A stretch of 64,000 bases of DNA from an uncultured candidate division Zixibacteria bacterium (GTDB lineage Bacteria > Zixibacteria > MSB-5A5 > UBA10806). The stretch is from positions 64,001 through 128,000 of the forward strand of contig CAWDFP010000006.1 of NCBI GenBank assembly GCA_963801605.1. Direction: 5' to 3'. Shown piece by piece: positions 20,619-31,449 of the stretch; position 1 is the first letter of the stretch, and each line of letters opens with the position of its first letter. Under the pieces are notes generated by a model. It had not been told where the DNA came from. It did no database searches and worked only from the letters and a program-made list of their open reading frames with translations. Both the position numbers and the translations under genes were made by a program.

Positions 20619-21232
20619 TCTTTTCGAGCCCTCTCCAGATCATCCCTGGTATCGATATCTTTAAGTACTCCGGGGTCTTCGCAGCGGAATTGTATAACCA
20701 TCGATTCATGATTTTTTATTATGTCGCGGAGAGTGGTTTCTTCTGACGATTCAATTATCTGCCTGATGATTTCCGCGGGGATTAATATGGGATGACCCCG
20801 TTTGTAATTGTAAACGGGAATAATAATTCTTTTGGGAAATTTAGCGAAAGCCTCTTTCATCAGTCGATAGGTTTCGGGGGCCACAAAGGGGTGATCGACC
20901 AGCGTGATAAATGTACCGCAGATATCGCTTTTAACATTCGACAATCCGGCTTTAAGCGATGAAAACTGGCCCTTTTTCCAATCGGTATTAATCGCATAAT
21001 TTATTTGAAGCCTGGTTGCTTCCCCGATGATAGCATCCGCGTCACGCCCCCCGACAACAATAACAGGTTCACAATCGATAGCTTTCAAGCGTCCGGTGAT
21101 TACCTCAAGAAAGGTTTCGCCGTCGAGCTTAGCCATCGCCTTGCACTCTCCGAAGCGTCGCCCCTCGCCTGCCGCCAGAATGACAGCGGCAATTCTTTCA
21201 CAGGGGGTCGTCTTCATTGCCTTAGATACCAC
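20615..21232 (-). CDS. mocA: Molybdenum cofactor cytidylyltransferase (MocA/YgfJ-like)
   Basis: 'ILAAGEGRRFG..K','GQFSSLKAG','LVDHP','GHP','DIDTRDD'. Confidence 0.85.
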   Translation of the reverse strand: MVSKAMKTTPCERIAAVILAAGEGRRFGECKAMAKLDGETFLEVITGRLKAIDCEPVIVVGGRDADAIIGEATRLQINYAINTDWKKGQFSSLKAGLSNVKSDICGTFITLVDHPFVAPETYRLMKEAFAKFPKRIIIPVYNYKRGHPILIPAEIIRQIIESSEETTLRDIIKNHESMVIQFRCEDPGVLKDIDTRDDLERARKE

Positions 21233-22211
21233 CCATCGTCATCGCCATGATAGCTTTGCAGGTATGAAGCCTGTTTTCAGCCTCTTGATACACCACCGAT
21301 TGCGGGCCATCGATAACTTCATCGGTTACTTCGTTACCGCGATCAGCTGGCAGGCAATGCATATAGATTGCATCCTTTTTAGCATGAGCCATCATCTTTT
21401 TATCGCAAATCCAGTTTTTGTAATTAGCAGCCAGCTTCAGGGCTTCATCGGGTTTGCCGAATAGCTCCAGAATACCCCAGCTCTTGGGATACACCACATC
21501 GGCGCCCTCGAATGCTTCCTCCATAGAATTAGCGATTTCAAATTTTCCGCCACCGGAGGCTGCATTCTTTTTGGCGAGCTCAATCTGATCCGGCATCAAC
21601 TTAAATTCCGGGGGATGAGCCAAGGTTACATCCATACCATATCTGGTCATAAGGGTGATCAGGCCCTGCGGCACAGATAGAGGTTTGGCATAACTGGGCG
21701 CATAAGCCCAACTGACGGCTATTTTCTTACCGCGTAGATCATTGCCAAATTTTTCGCGGATAGTCATCAGATCGGCAAGCGTTTGGAAGGGGTGATCGAT
21801 ATCGCATTGCATGTTGAATACCGGCACGCTGGCATATTGGGCAACTTCGCGCATGTAACTGTTCCCTTCGCCGGGGACAAGGTCGTGCCTGATTGCGATA
21901 CCCTCGCCATAGGTTGAAAGGATAATCCCCATATCCTTGGGGCTTTCGCCGTGGGCTATCTGAGACGTTGAAGCATCGATAAAGTGGGCATGCCCTCCAA
22001 GCTGGGTGATGCCGGCCTCGAAGGAGTTGCGAGTTCGGGTTGATTTATCGAAGAAGAATAAAAATACGGTTTTATCGACTAAAAGCCTGTGGGGAATCCC
22101 CTTATGCTTCTTATCTTTGAGTTCAGATGAAAGGCGCAGGGCCTGTTCAAGTTCATCTTTGGACCATTCCTGAGTGGTGATATAATCTCGTCCCAAAAAG
22201 TTGTTCGACAT
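21222..22211 (-). CDS. YgeW-like carbamoyltransferase (ATCase/OTCase family)
   Basis: 'DKSTRTR','QIAHGES','QCDIDHPFQ','WAYAPSYAKPLSVPQG','HCLP','EAENR'. Confidence 0.88.
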   Translation of the reverse strand: MSNNFLGRDYITTQEWSKDELEQALRLSSELKDKKHKGIPHRLLVDKTVFLFFFDKSTRTRNSFEAGITQLGGHAHFIDASTSQIAHGESPKDMGIILSTYGEGIAIRHDLVPGEGNSYMREVAQYASVPVFNMQCDIDHPFQTLADLMTIREKFGNDLRGKKIAVSWAYAPSYAKPLSVPQGLITLMTRYGMDVTLAHPPEFKLMPDQIELAKKNAASGGGKFEIANSMEEAFEGADVVYPKSWGILELFGKPDEALKLAANYKNWICDKKMMAHAKKDAIYMHCLPADRGNEVTDEVIDGPQSVVYQEAENRLHTCKAIMAMTMGGI

Positions 22212-22356
22212 CTGAAACTATTATCCTTTCTTTAAGGCGCCTTTATAAGGCCTACATTCGTTACAATATATAAAATAATACTTGAATTTGCTACCTAATG
22301 GCAAGGCAATTTAGCCCTTACAAGCGCAACTCTAAAATCCTAAACGAAGTAATCAA

Positions 22357-23747
22357 TCAGTCCGGTTTGATACTTTTTCCCCTTTTCAGAAACCTGCCAT
22401 GCCCCGCCTTGGCGACAAATTTTCCATTTTCAGCTACAATCTCACCGCGGCTTATTGTCAATACCGGATATCCCTGCAATTTGAATCCCTCATAAGGTGA
22501 CCAGTCGCATTTTGTTTGAAGGCGTCGATGCGAAATCGTCACCCTCTGATTGTGGATTGAATATTACCAGGTCAGCATCGGAGCCAAGAGAGATTGTTCC
22601 TTTTTGAGGATAAAGACCGAAAAGCCTGGCGGGATTGACGCAGAGGAGTTCAATCATTTTCGATGAGGAAAGCCTCCCCTTACCTACGCCATAAGTGTAT
22701 AGCAGCGGAAGCAGCGTCTCAACGCCGGGCAGACCATAGGGTATCTTTGTGAAATCGCCGCCCCAGCGCGCTTTTTGTTTGCTTCGAAAATGTGCAGTTA
22801 TCGGTGGCTACGACAGAGATAGTGCCATCCGACAGCCCATTCCAAAGCGCTATAGAATCGGCTTTTTTCTTTATTTGGGGACAGGTGGCATAGAGATAGC
22901 CATTAGGTTTCTTAAAAACTGAATCGTCAAATAATAGATAATGCGGGCAAGTCTCAGCATAAACATTTACGCCGCGCCGCTTGGCCTGCCTGACGATTTC
23001 AACTCCCTCCTGCGTGGAAAGATGAACGATATAAAGCCTGCCTCCCGTGGCCTCAGCCCAGGTGACTGCTCGTTGGACCGCTTCGGCCTCGATGAAATTG
23101 GGACGAGATAGCACGTGGCAGTAAGCGCCGAACCGCTTCATATCCTCTTTATTGTGATAGCGGTCAACTAGTAAATCCAGTACTCCGGCCGATTCGGCGT
23201 GGACTGTCACCATGCCACCGTATTTGGATGATTCCTCAAGAGCGGAGAATATGGCGGAATCACTGCTCATCAGCCCGGCTTTGGCATAGATCATATACAT
23301 TTTGAATGATGTAACACCGTTAGCAGCGATCTTTCCCATTTCGATTTTAGTTTTATCATTCCAGTCAGTTGGCACGGCATGAAGAGCATAATCGATTGCG
23401 ACTTGGCTATCGGCTTCTTGGCGCCTATCGCGAATTGCCTGTGATAGCGTTTTCCCTTTTTCCTGGATGGCAAAATCGATCACTGTCGTTACGCCGCCAC
23501 AGGCTGCCGCCCGCGTACCGCTGGCAAAATCCTCGGCTGTTATCGTTCCACCTGCCGGAAGCTGGAAATGAACATGGGCATCGATTATGCCCGGGAAAAT
23601 GAGCATCCCTTTAGCATCGATGATGGTCCTGGCATCGACTTGCAGATTACGTTTAATCGCCTTAATAATGCCCTTATCAATGGCGATATTGGCGACAAAA
23701 GACTTATTAGCCGTGACGATTTTGCCGTTTTGAATTAAGAGATCCAT
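22357..23747 (-). CDS. hydA: Dihydropyrimidinase/hydantoinase (HydA/HyuA-like), frameshift near 22778
   Basis: 'PGIIDAHVH','GGVTT','SFKMYM','VHAE','ETCPHYL'. The next frame gives 'GDFTKIPYGLPGVE...NPARLFGLYP.KG.I..G.DAD...DWSPYEG'. Confidence 0.88.
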
Positions 23748-23760
23748 AAATTTTTAATCA

Positions 23761-23877
23761 TCATTGCGAATCGGTTGTATCGCTCGACGAAGCAATCTAA
23801 ATGCCTTTATAGGAAAGTATTCTTGCGCATAGATTCAGATTGCTTCGCCCCGATGAATCATCGGGACTCGCAATGAC
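23761..23877. repeat. REP-like nested palindromic element
   Basis: TCATTGCGA...TCGCAATGA outer arms and CGAAGCAATCT...AGATTGCTTCG inner arms, plus a CCCGATGA-a-TCATCGGG hairpin. Confidence 0.8.
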
Positions 23878-23882
23878 TACGC

Positions 23883-26247
23883 TCACTTACCTTCCTTCTT
23901 TTTGATCTCGCCTAGCGCCAGGGCGATTTTTTCCGCGGTTATAGGCATCGATTTTATCCTGAGGCCTAGAGCATCTTCAACCGCGTTAGCGACAATCGGC
24001 GCGGCGGGAATCATCGTATGTTCGCCCATTCCTCGCGCCCCAAATGGGCCATCCGGCTGAGCGACCTCGACTAAAATCGGGACCACTTCATCGGGGATAT
24101 CCATTGCTGTGGGAATTTTGTAGTCGGTGAAATTGGCATTGAGGATTTTGCCCTTATCGTTAAATTTCATATCCTCGAAAAGCACGGTCGCTATTCCCTG
24201 CAAGAGGCCCCCGGCAATCTGCCCTTTAACCAAATCGGGATTAATTGCTTTCCCCAGATCAACCGCCAAGGCAACTTTAGGGATATGCATTTTGCCGGTT
24301 TCCTTATCAATTTCAAGGATAATTCCTGCCGCGCCTACCGTGTAATGTACATTGGGGTGACCACCCTGGCTTGTTTCGGGATCGCTAAGCGCCGATGCGA
24401 ACTCCGGCATGAACATCCCTCGTCCGACAATCGGGCCGCCACGGAAAGTGCCATCGGGTTGAGGAATTCCGCCGATGACAATATCCTTGAGCGGAATCGA
24501 AAAGCCCGGCTCGACCTGCGATTTCACCTGCTCATCCTCAAGATATAGCGAGGCCCGATCCTTGCACAAGCCGCGTTCAACAACATCGAATATCTGTTCT
24601 CTGGCGTCAGTAGCCGCCCGTTCAACAGCGGTGCCACATCCCCAAGTAATATGGGAGGCCACGGTCTGCCACTCGTAGGGATTGCGATCTGTATCGGGAA
24701 GCTCCACTCTGATTTTCTCCGGCGGAACCGTTAAAACCTCAGCGGCAATCTGTGCCATGACAGTCAGAAATCCCTGCCCGATTTCCATCGCGGAAACCAT
24801 GATATTGAGACTGCCATCCTCGTTGAATTTGAGAAACGCAGTCGAGGCCGCGTTGGGCGGCATGGCCGGAGCTTTCCAGAATAAGGCAAAACCCTTTGCC
24901 AATTGCCTTTTTGGGATTATTGGATTTTACTTTTTTGCCCCATTCAATTTCATGTGACACTTTATCAATGGCCTCGAATTAATCCGTTGGGATTCATTTC
25001 AGCCCCATAAGCCAGGGAGTCGCCTCTCGCGAATGGCGTTTTTCCGGCGGAACTCCACCGGATCGATACCCAGCTTCTTGGAGACCTCGTTGATATGAGA
25101 TTCCAATCCGAATAGAAATTCGGAATATCCAAACCCGCGATAAGGACCTCCGGGAGGAAGATTGGTATATACACAAACAGAATCAATGACTACATTCGGC
25201 ACGCGATATGGTCCTGTGGCGGAAAGCCCCGCGGCGTTGACCACGTTAGCGCCGTACTCGACATAAGCGCCGGCATCCCAATGAAGAATCTGCTCCAACG
25301 CGGTGATGGTGCCGTCACGTTTGACGCCGATTTTTATTCTGGCATCTAGTCCCTGTCGTTGATAGGTATTATAAAACTCCTGAGAGCGCGACCAAAGAAT
25401 CTTGACCGGATTTCCGCGAACAGCGGTCGCCAACGCAGCAGCCAGGATTTCCATCGAAACTCCGGCCTTGCCGCCGAAACCGCCGCCAACATAAGGCGAG
25501 ATCACTCGGATATCTTTATGAGTCAATCCCAGCGGTTCGAGAGCCTGGGCAAAGAGATGCCGTTGCGTAAACGGTGATTGCGAGGCGGTGTAGACTGTCA
25601 ACCGACCGGAATAATCGTAATGACCCGACCGCGCCGTGAGTCTCGATTGCGCAATGGGCGTAACGCGGGACAGTATAGTTATCCTCCAGAACGAGATCGG
25701 CTTCGGCAAATCCGCGCTCGATATCCCCTTTGCGCACTTTTCGCCAGTGGGCGATATTGGTACCCGCCTTGGGGAAAAACCAGGGGACATGAGAATAGCT
25801 GCCAAGATCCGGATGAATAAGCGTCGGATTTTTGCCAAGCGCAGTCTTGGACGGATAAGTACCGGCGGCAGCGGCTCATAATCAATTTTCACCAGTTGAG
25901 CAGCGCTTCTTAGCAGTTCGAGCATCGCGCGCGATTACCGCCGCCACCTGTTCGCCGACAAAGCGGACTCGATCCTGGGCGAAAATATAGCGGTCGTGCA
26001 TATAGAGGCCGAATCTATAGGGAAAATCTTTGCCGGTTACAACTTTGACTACACCCGGTACTTTTTCCGCTTTGGATTTATCGATTTTTTTAATTAACGC
26101 GTGCGGATGAGGGCTTTCGACAATTTCGGCGTAAAGCAGATTTGCGGCCAAAATCGAGATCATCGATAAACTGCGCCGCGCCGGTGATCTTGACTTTGCC
26201 GTCGATACCGGGCACTGGATTGGCCAACATATTTTAGATTCGTTCAT
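23883..26247 (-). CDS. Xanthine dehydrogenase-family molybdopterin subunit (set C), multiple frameshifts
   Basis: Fragments 'SPHPHALIKKID','GGGFGGKAG','PYRGFG','EIGQG','QTVASH','GARGMGEH'. ATG 26247 follows GGGGAG. Confidence 0.85.
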
Positions 26248-26724
26248 CGATTTTCTCCCCCTGTCCAGGCTCGGTGATGGCATCGATAATGGGACGAATA
26301 CCCGGTACAGCGGCAGAGATTGCCGGAAAGCGCCTCTTGATTCTCGCTGTATTCGGCGGGCGGTTTTTCTCTCAAGAAGTTCGGTCGCCGAAAGAATCAT
26401 TCCCGGCGCGCAAAAACCGCACTGGAATGAATTTCTGCGCCAGAAATGATTCCTGAAGCGGTGTCAGATTGCCATCCTCCATCAATCCCTTCAATGGTGG
26501 TAATCTCAGCGCCGTCGATCTCGATTGCCAGTATCAGGCAACTGCGCACGGTTTTACCATCGAGCATGAACAGTGCAGGTGCCGCAATCTCCGCGATTGC
26601 AGCCGCATTTGGGGCTATTTCACTCCCAGCCGGTCGCGAAGCATTTCGAGTAAGGATTTCGTACGGCTCAACATCGAGAGAATATTGCTCTGGCCGTTGA
26701 GCTTGAAATTATTATCTTTCAATG
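26244..26724 (-). CDS. Xanthine dehydrogenase-family 2Fe-2S subunit (set C), heavily frameshifted, ends approximate
   Basis: Minus-strand remnants encoding GCNRGDCG(T/A)CTV, TTIEG and GNLCRC between the FAD and Mo genes. Confidence 0.7.
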
Positions 26725-27641
26725 CTACACCTCCGATAGTCTCAACAACATTTTCGCCATACTCCGGACCATTCCGTCTAAGACGAGCGCCGCGCGCTTA
26801 CGAGAGCCGCGTTCGAACATTACCTGACACATGTGCAAACGGTATTCCTTCGATGGCTCTGATATCGGTAATCGGGAATGACAATTCCGGGTATCAGCGC
26901 ATTGGGCATGCTCGATAAGCAGATCATCCGGTTCTTGCCGTAAAGCAACTTCTCGATATTTCATAAGCGCGAATGGGAATAGGCCCTACTGAACCGAAGG
27001 CAATTCGATAAGCTGCGATCAGCGCAATGCCAGATCACTAGAACACTGGCCTGCGCCAGGTCTTCGCCGGAGTATCTGCCAAGCTTGGCGTAACAACCGC
27101 CATGCTTTTTCTTCGGAATTGGAATTTCGATTGCCGTTACAATCTCGCCCTTTTTCAGAGACGGTATTCCGGGGACCACGAAACCAATCAGCTATCGGGA
27201 TTTTTCTTTTGACCTTTGAGACCCTGAACCATGACGATAGCCTCATAGGAGCAGAGCAGCGGCCCGCGAATCCATACAGGGTACTGCAGAACAGATATTG
27301 CCGACCATGGTTGCCCTGTTTCGAATGCCAACCGAGCCAACTGTTCTGGCAACTTCAATAAATAGAGGCAGGCGCTTTTTGATGACGGCGGATTCTATGA
27401 TATCAGAAAAAGTAACCAAAGAGCCAAGTGTTAGCTTACCGTTTTTTACTTCTATCTTTTTAAGGGATGACAAACCTTTGATATCGATAAGCGCCGATGG
27501 TTTGGCCGCACCTTCTTTTATTTCGTTGATGATATCGGTTCCGCCCGCAAGAATAGCGGCATTCCTTTGTTTCGAAAGAAGCTTGAGCGCCTCGGACAAG
27601 GTTGCAGGCTTAAAATATTCGAAATCATGCACAATCGGCAT
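26725..27641 (-). CDS. Xanthine dehydrogenase-family FAD subunit (set C), multiple frameshifts
   Basis: 'FEYFKPATL','AGGTD','IRNRATMVGNICSAVPC','KLGRYSGEDLA'. Confidence 0.82.
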
Positions 27642-27651
27642 AAAATCCCCC

Positions 27652-28477
27652 TTACTTTCCGGGCGGCATAAAGGCCACGATTCGGCACATCGACGATTCC
27701 AGTTCGATTCCGCTTGAGCGGGAAACAACCGATCCAGGCCCGCTTGTTGGACAGCTTGTCTATATCTCCGCCAAGATTTTCAGCATGGACAATTTTTTTC
27801 GGGAAAAGATTCAAATGCATCACCTGGTAGTACTCGTCCGGAGGGAAACATCTCGTCCCAGGACCTGGCCATATTTGATCTGAAGTTTTTCCTCGGCTTC
27901 GATAAAAAGATCGGGATGCCATTTGCGAATGATCGTGTTCATGGGATGGTCGGCGCTGCCGCAATCGACACCAATCCATTTGATTTTCATCTTGGCTACC
28001 CACTTGTGAAAGCCCGGCCCCGGTCCCGGATGCTTGACAAAATAGCGCATTTCGTCGGATTTTTTCTGATCCCAGGCATATTTGTGATAACCGGTGTTGA
28101 TAATCAGGATATCGCCTTTTTGGATATCGACTCTTTCGGTCAGCATTTCGGGAGTGTAAAGATCGTAATCATCGACTGCAGTCCGAAATATCGACTACTG
28201 CGCCCGGGCCGATCCATTCCTCTATCGGTACCTGGCCTATGGATCGTCCTGAGGCATGGAAATGAATTTCGCCATCCATGTGGGTACCGACGTGATTACT
28301 GGTAGTGATAATCTGGCCGTTAGCTCCCTGTCCCATGTGCGCCCCGGCGATTCGCTTGAAATACTGTATCCCGAGCGGCGCGTAGCTTGGCCAGGGAGGC
28401 GTATGGATACTGAGCCGCTGTGTCAGGTCATAGACCTTGATTTCATCCATGAATTTGAGGAACTGATTAATTTTCAT
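27652..28477 (-). CDS. Cyclase / kynurenine-formamidase-family metal hydrolase, frameshifted
   Basis: 'HVGTHMDGEIHF' (HxGTHxD),'GDILIINTG','IGVDCGSADHP','HAENLGG'. Confidence 0.85.
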
Positions 28478-29886
28478 CTTCCAGGCTCCTTCATATTTTC
28501 CAAAATTTTTGCCAACCCATCATAAGCCCGACCGAACGGTTCGCCCGGCGCGTTTAGCACTCCGGCTCCGATCTGACCGACACCGGCATCTTTGTGCGCT
28601 ACGCCGGTATCGATAAAGGGCAACACGTTATTTTCGACAACCTTGATGACATCGATCCCTGTCGGGGTTCCGCGGAAATCAAGATATGGTATCTGATACG
28701 CTTTATTCTCCGAGGACGTTATCTCGTACATTTCCAGAGTATAGTTTTGGGCATCCTTAGCGCTGCCACCCACAAAACCCACAATAGCGGGCGCGGAGGC
28801 AATCGCAAATCCGCCCAGCCCATAAGTTTCAGTGATAGCGCTATCGCCGATATCGGGGTTGGCATCGTTTTTAGAGAAACCCGCAAAATATAGGGCGTCA
28901 GGAATTGGCGCGGGGCCGGTGAACCACTGATTTCCGGTACCGGCCAGCTGTACTCCGAAATCAACACCATTTCGGGCCATCGTCACAACCACGCTGCTAA
29001 GCTCAATGTTTCTGGCAGCGTCAAGCGAAACTTTAGCGGCCGCCATCGATAGGTTCAGGAAGAAATGATCGTTGGAATTGATGAACTCCATCACCCTGGC
29101 TGCTGTCTCACTATCGGAACAAGTCCTCATAATGGCGGGGGCAATAATCCTAAAGAGAAGCGATGTTGCCGCACGATTCCTGTTATGAAGCTCGTCGCCC
29201 ATGTGAAGTGCCTGAGCGATGATACTCTTGAGATCGATCTGGCCGATTTTCTCAATCGCGCTTTGAAGAACAGGATATAGCGTATCATTCATCCACTTGA
29301 GGCGCACTATAACATCATCGCTATAAGCGCCATAACGAAGGACCTTACCTAAACCTTCATTCATCGTAGTAAACGCGAGATTGCCAAAGGTCTCGTTCTT
29401 AATGATAAAGACCGGCATTGACGGTGATATGATACCGGCCATCGGACCTACCGAGGCGTGTTCGTGGCAAGGGGAATATTCAATTTTCGGAGCCAGTTGC
29501 TCGGCCTCGGTGCGATTTGACGCCATCCCCTCATATATCAGCGCGCCGATTACGGCTCCCTTCATGGGGCCGCACATTCTATTCCAGGTGATAGGCGGAC
29601 CGGCATGAAGGATCATGTTATTCTTCATATCCGGGATTACATCAATCGCTTTGGCCAGGCCGATTAGAACAGGCTTACCGTCAATAATCTTTTTTACGGC
29701 ATTTTGATTGGCTGATTCGATTATCCGGCGATTGGATTTAATTATCTGACGTGAATTTTCAGCAACAATGATTGGCGGGCGCCAATCGAGTTGAATCGAT
29801 TCGATATTATTGATATCCAGGGGCTGCTTGAAACTCTCCAAACCCATATTTATGATTTTTAGCTCTTTTCCGAATAGCTCTTTCAT
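28474..29886 (-). CDS. DUF1116 (YlbE/YahG-like) protein
   Basis: 'ILHAGPP','PCHEH.SVGPMAG','NEGLGKVLRYGA','MGDELHNRN','DIGDSAITE','TGVAHK'. Confidence 0.9.
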   Translation of the reverse strand: MKELFGKELKIINMGLESFKQPLDINNIESIQLDWRPPIIVAENSRQIIKSNRRIIESANQNAVKKIIDGKPVLIGLAKAIDVIPDMKNNMILHAGPPITWNRMCGPMKGAVIGALIYEGMASNRTEAEQLAPKIEYSPCHEHASVGPMAGIISPSMPVFIIKNETFGNLAFTTMNEGLGKVLRYGAYSDDVIVRLKWMNDTLYPVLQSAIEKIGQIDLKSIIAQALHMGDELHNRNRAATSLLFRIIAPAIMRTCSDSETAARVMEFINSNDHFFLNLSMAAAKVSLDAARNIELSSVVVTMARNGVDFGVQLAGTGNQWFTGPAPIPDALYFAGFSKNDANPDIGDSAITETYGLGGFAIASAPAIVGFVGGSAKDAQNYTLEMYEITSSENKAYQIPYLDFRGTPTGIDVIKVVENNVLPFIDTGVAHKDAGVGQIGAGVLNAPGEPFGRAYDGLAKILENMKEPGR

Positions 29887-31442
29887 GAGAGTTCCTTCGC
29901 AATGAAACCAGCCAGACGGCTGGCAGCGGCGTTTGATTCCTTGACGATAACGCCAATTTTACTCAATCCCTCGACAACCATAGATCGATTTTGAGGGTCT
30001 TTATCGGTGCCGGTCACAGAACAGATAAAAGAAAGCTGCCGTCCAGATTTTTGGGCGATTGACATAGCTTCCTCAATAGCAGGAGCGATCTCCTCAAGCG
30101 GATTCATATTGGCGCCGAATCCCAGGACGATATCAAATAGGATTACGGCCGTTTCGGGATCATCAGATTCTTGAATGATTCGTTTTTTTCTGAGCGTGAA
30201 ATCTATCATCGGGTGAAGCCGTCCGAGAGTAAACTCGTCAGCGCCCATATCGATAAAGGTATGCTTTTCGCTTTTGAGAACATCGTTTAAATCATTGTTA
30301 TCCTTGATCGGAGAATTGGAATAAATATTATTCAACATGCCTTTTAACAATACCTGTGTCTCATAGCAGTACGTACCGCCACTGAAAAGTCCCCTTATAT
30401 ATTTTTGGCCAGGCGCCATACCGGTGGTTTGGGTTTTGGCAAGTTCGATAAGCTTGGCATCAGAACCTATAAATTGATTTGGCTTTTCGCCTTTCGATAA
30501 GGCAACCGCAGCCAGGGCACCTTCCTCAAGTGATTTTGCATAATAGATACGGCTGTTTGATTTTAAGTTTTCAGCGCCGAGAAATATCGCCACCAGCGGT
30601 TTGGTTACATCTTTCAAAACCGATTCAATCTTCTCAAGTGTCTCCGGCGCCGGTGGCTTGGAAACAAGAAGAATAACCTTGGTATTATCATCCGCCGCAA
30701 GCGCCTTGAGGCTTTGGATAAACATCATCCCGCGCAGATCGCGCCCGATATCACGGCTTCCGGTGCCGATTGCCTGTGAGATACCATATCCGGCATTAGA
30801 AATAATACAGCTAACCTCCTGCAGGCCGGTCCCGGATGCAGCCACAATTCCGATATCCCCGTGGTTGACGGCATTGGCAAATCCAAGGGGAATACCATTT
30901 ATAATCGCCGTACCACAATCGGGACCCATTACCAGCAAACCCTGTGATGCCGCATAATGCTTAAGTTCAATCTCCTTTTCGAGCGGGACATTATCGGAAA
31001 AAAGCATCACGTGGAGTCCTGATTTGAGAGCGCGCATAGCCTCATCACCGGCAAAACGGCCCGCCACCGAAATAATGACGAGATTAGCGTCAGGCATTAC
31101 ATTTAAAGCGGAGTCTATCGTCCGGGGAACGCCTACCGATCCCTTTTTATCCGTGGCTTTTAAGGATGATAATAATTTATCGATTTCATTGGGTAATCGT
31201 TTAGCGAGGTCTTCGTTTTCGGTTTTAAGAACAATCAGAAGATCGTTATCGCAGGAATCTCGAAGCTTGTCGTTCATCATACCCGCCGACTCCAGTATCG
31301 CTTTGTTGCTGTCGCTTCCCATAATGGCGGCGGAATCAAGCACGCCGGGAAGCTCTCCGAGCTTCTGAGCCAGACGCATCAACGTTACAGAATCGTAATA
31401 TTCGCCCTTGCGAACAACTCCATTTATAAAATGACTGTTCAT
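29883..31442 (-). CDS. fdrA: FdrA/YahF-like acyl-CoA synthetase alpha-like protein
   Basis: 'YYDSVTLM','HVMLFSDNV','MGPDCGTA','ASGTGLQEV','GLFSGGT','GRLHPMID'. Confidence 0.9.
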   Translation of the reverse strand: MNSHFINGVVRKGEYYDSVTLMRLAQKLGELPGVLDSAAIMGSDSNKAILESAGMMNDKLRDSCDNDLLIVLKTENEDLAKRLPNEIDKLLSSLKATDKKGSVGVPRTIDSALNVMPDANLVIISVAGRFAGDEAMRALKSGLHVMLFSDNVPLEKEIELKHYAASQGLLVMGPDCGTAIINGIPLGFANAVNHGDIGIVAASGTGLQEVSCIISNAGYGISQAIGTGSRDIGRDLRGMMFIQSLKALAADDNTKVILLVSKPPAPETLEKIESVLKDVTKPLVAIFLGAENLKSNSRIYYAKSLEEGALAAVALSKGEKPNQFIGSDAKLIELAKTQTTGMAPGQKYIRGLFSGGTYCYETQVLLKGMLNNIYSNSPIKDNNDLNDVLKSEKHTFIDMGADEFTLGRLHPMIDFTLRKKRIIQESDDPETAVILFDIVLGFGANMNPLEEIAPAIEEAMSIAQKSGRQLSFICSVTGTDKDPQNRSMVVEGLSKIGVIVKESNAAASRLAGFIAKELS

Positions 31443-31449
31443 CTCAGAC

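Noticed and set aside
13351..27641. Selenocysteine recoding in the molybdoenzyme genes
   Set aside because: The breaks examined are frame changes, not in-frame TGA at conserved Cys positions.
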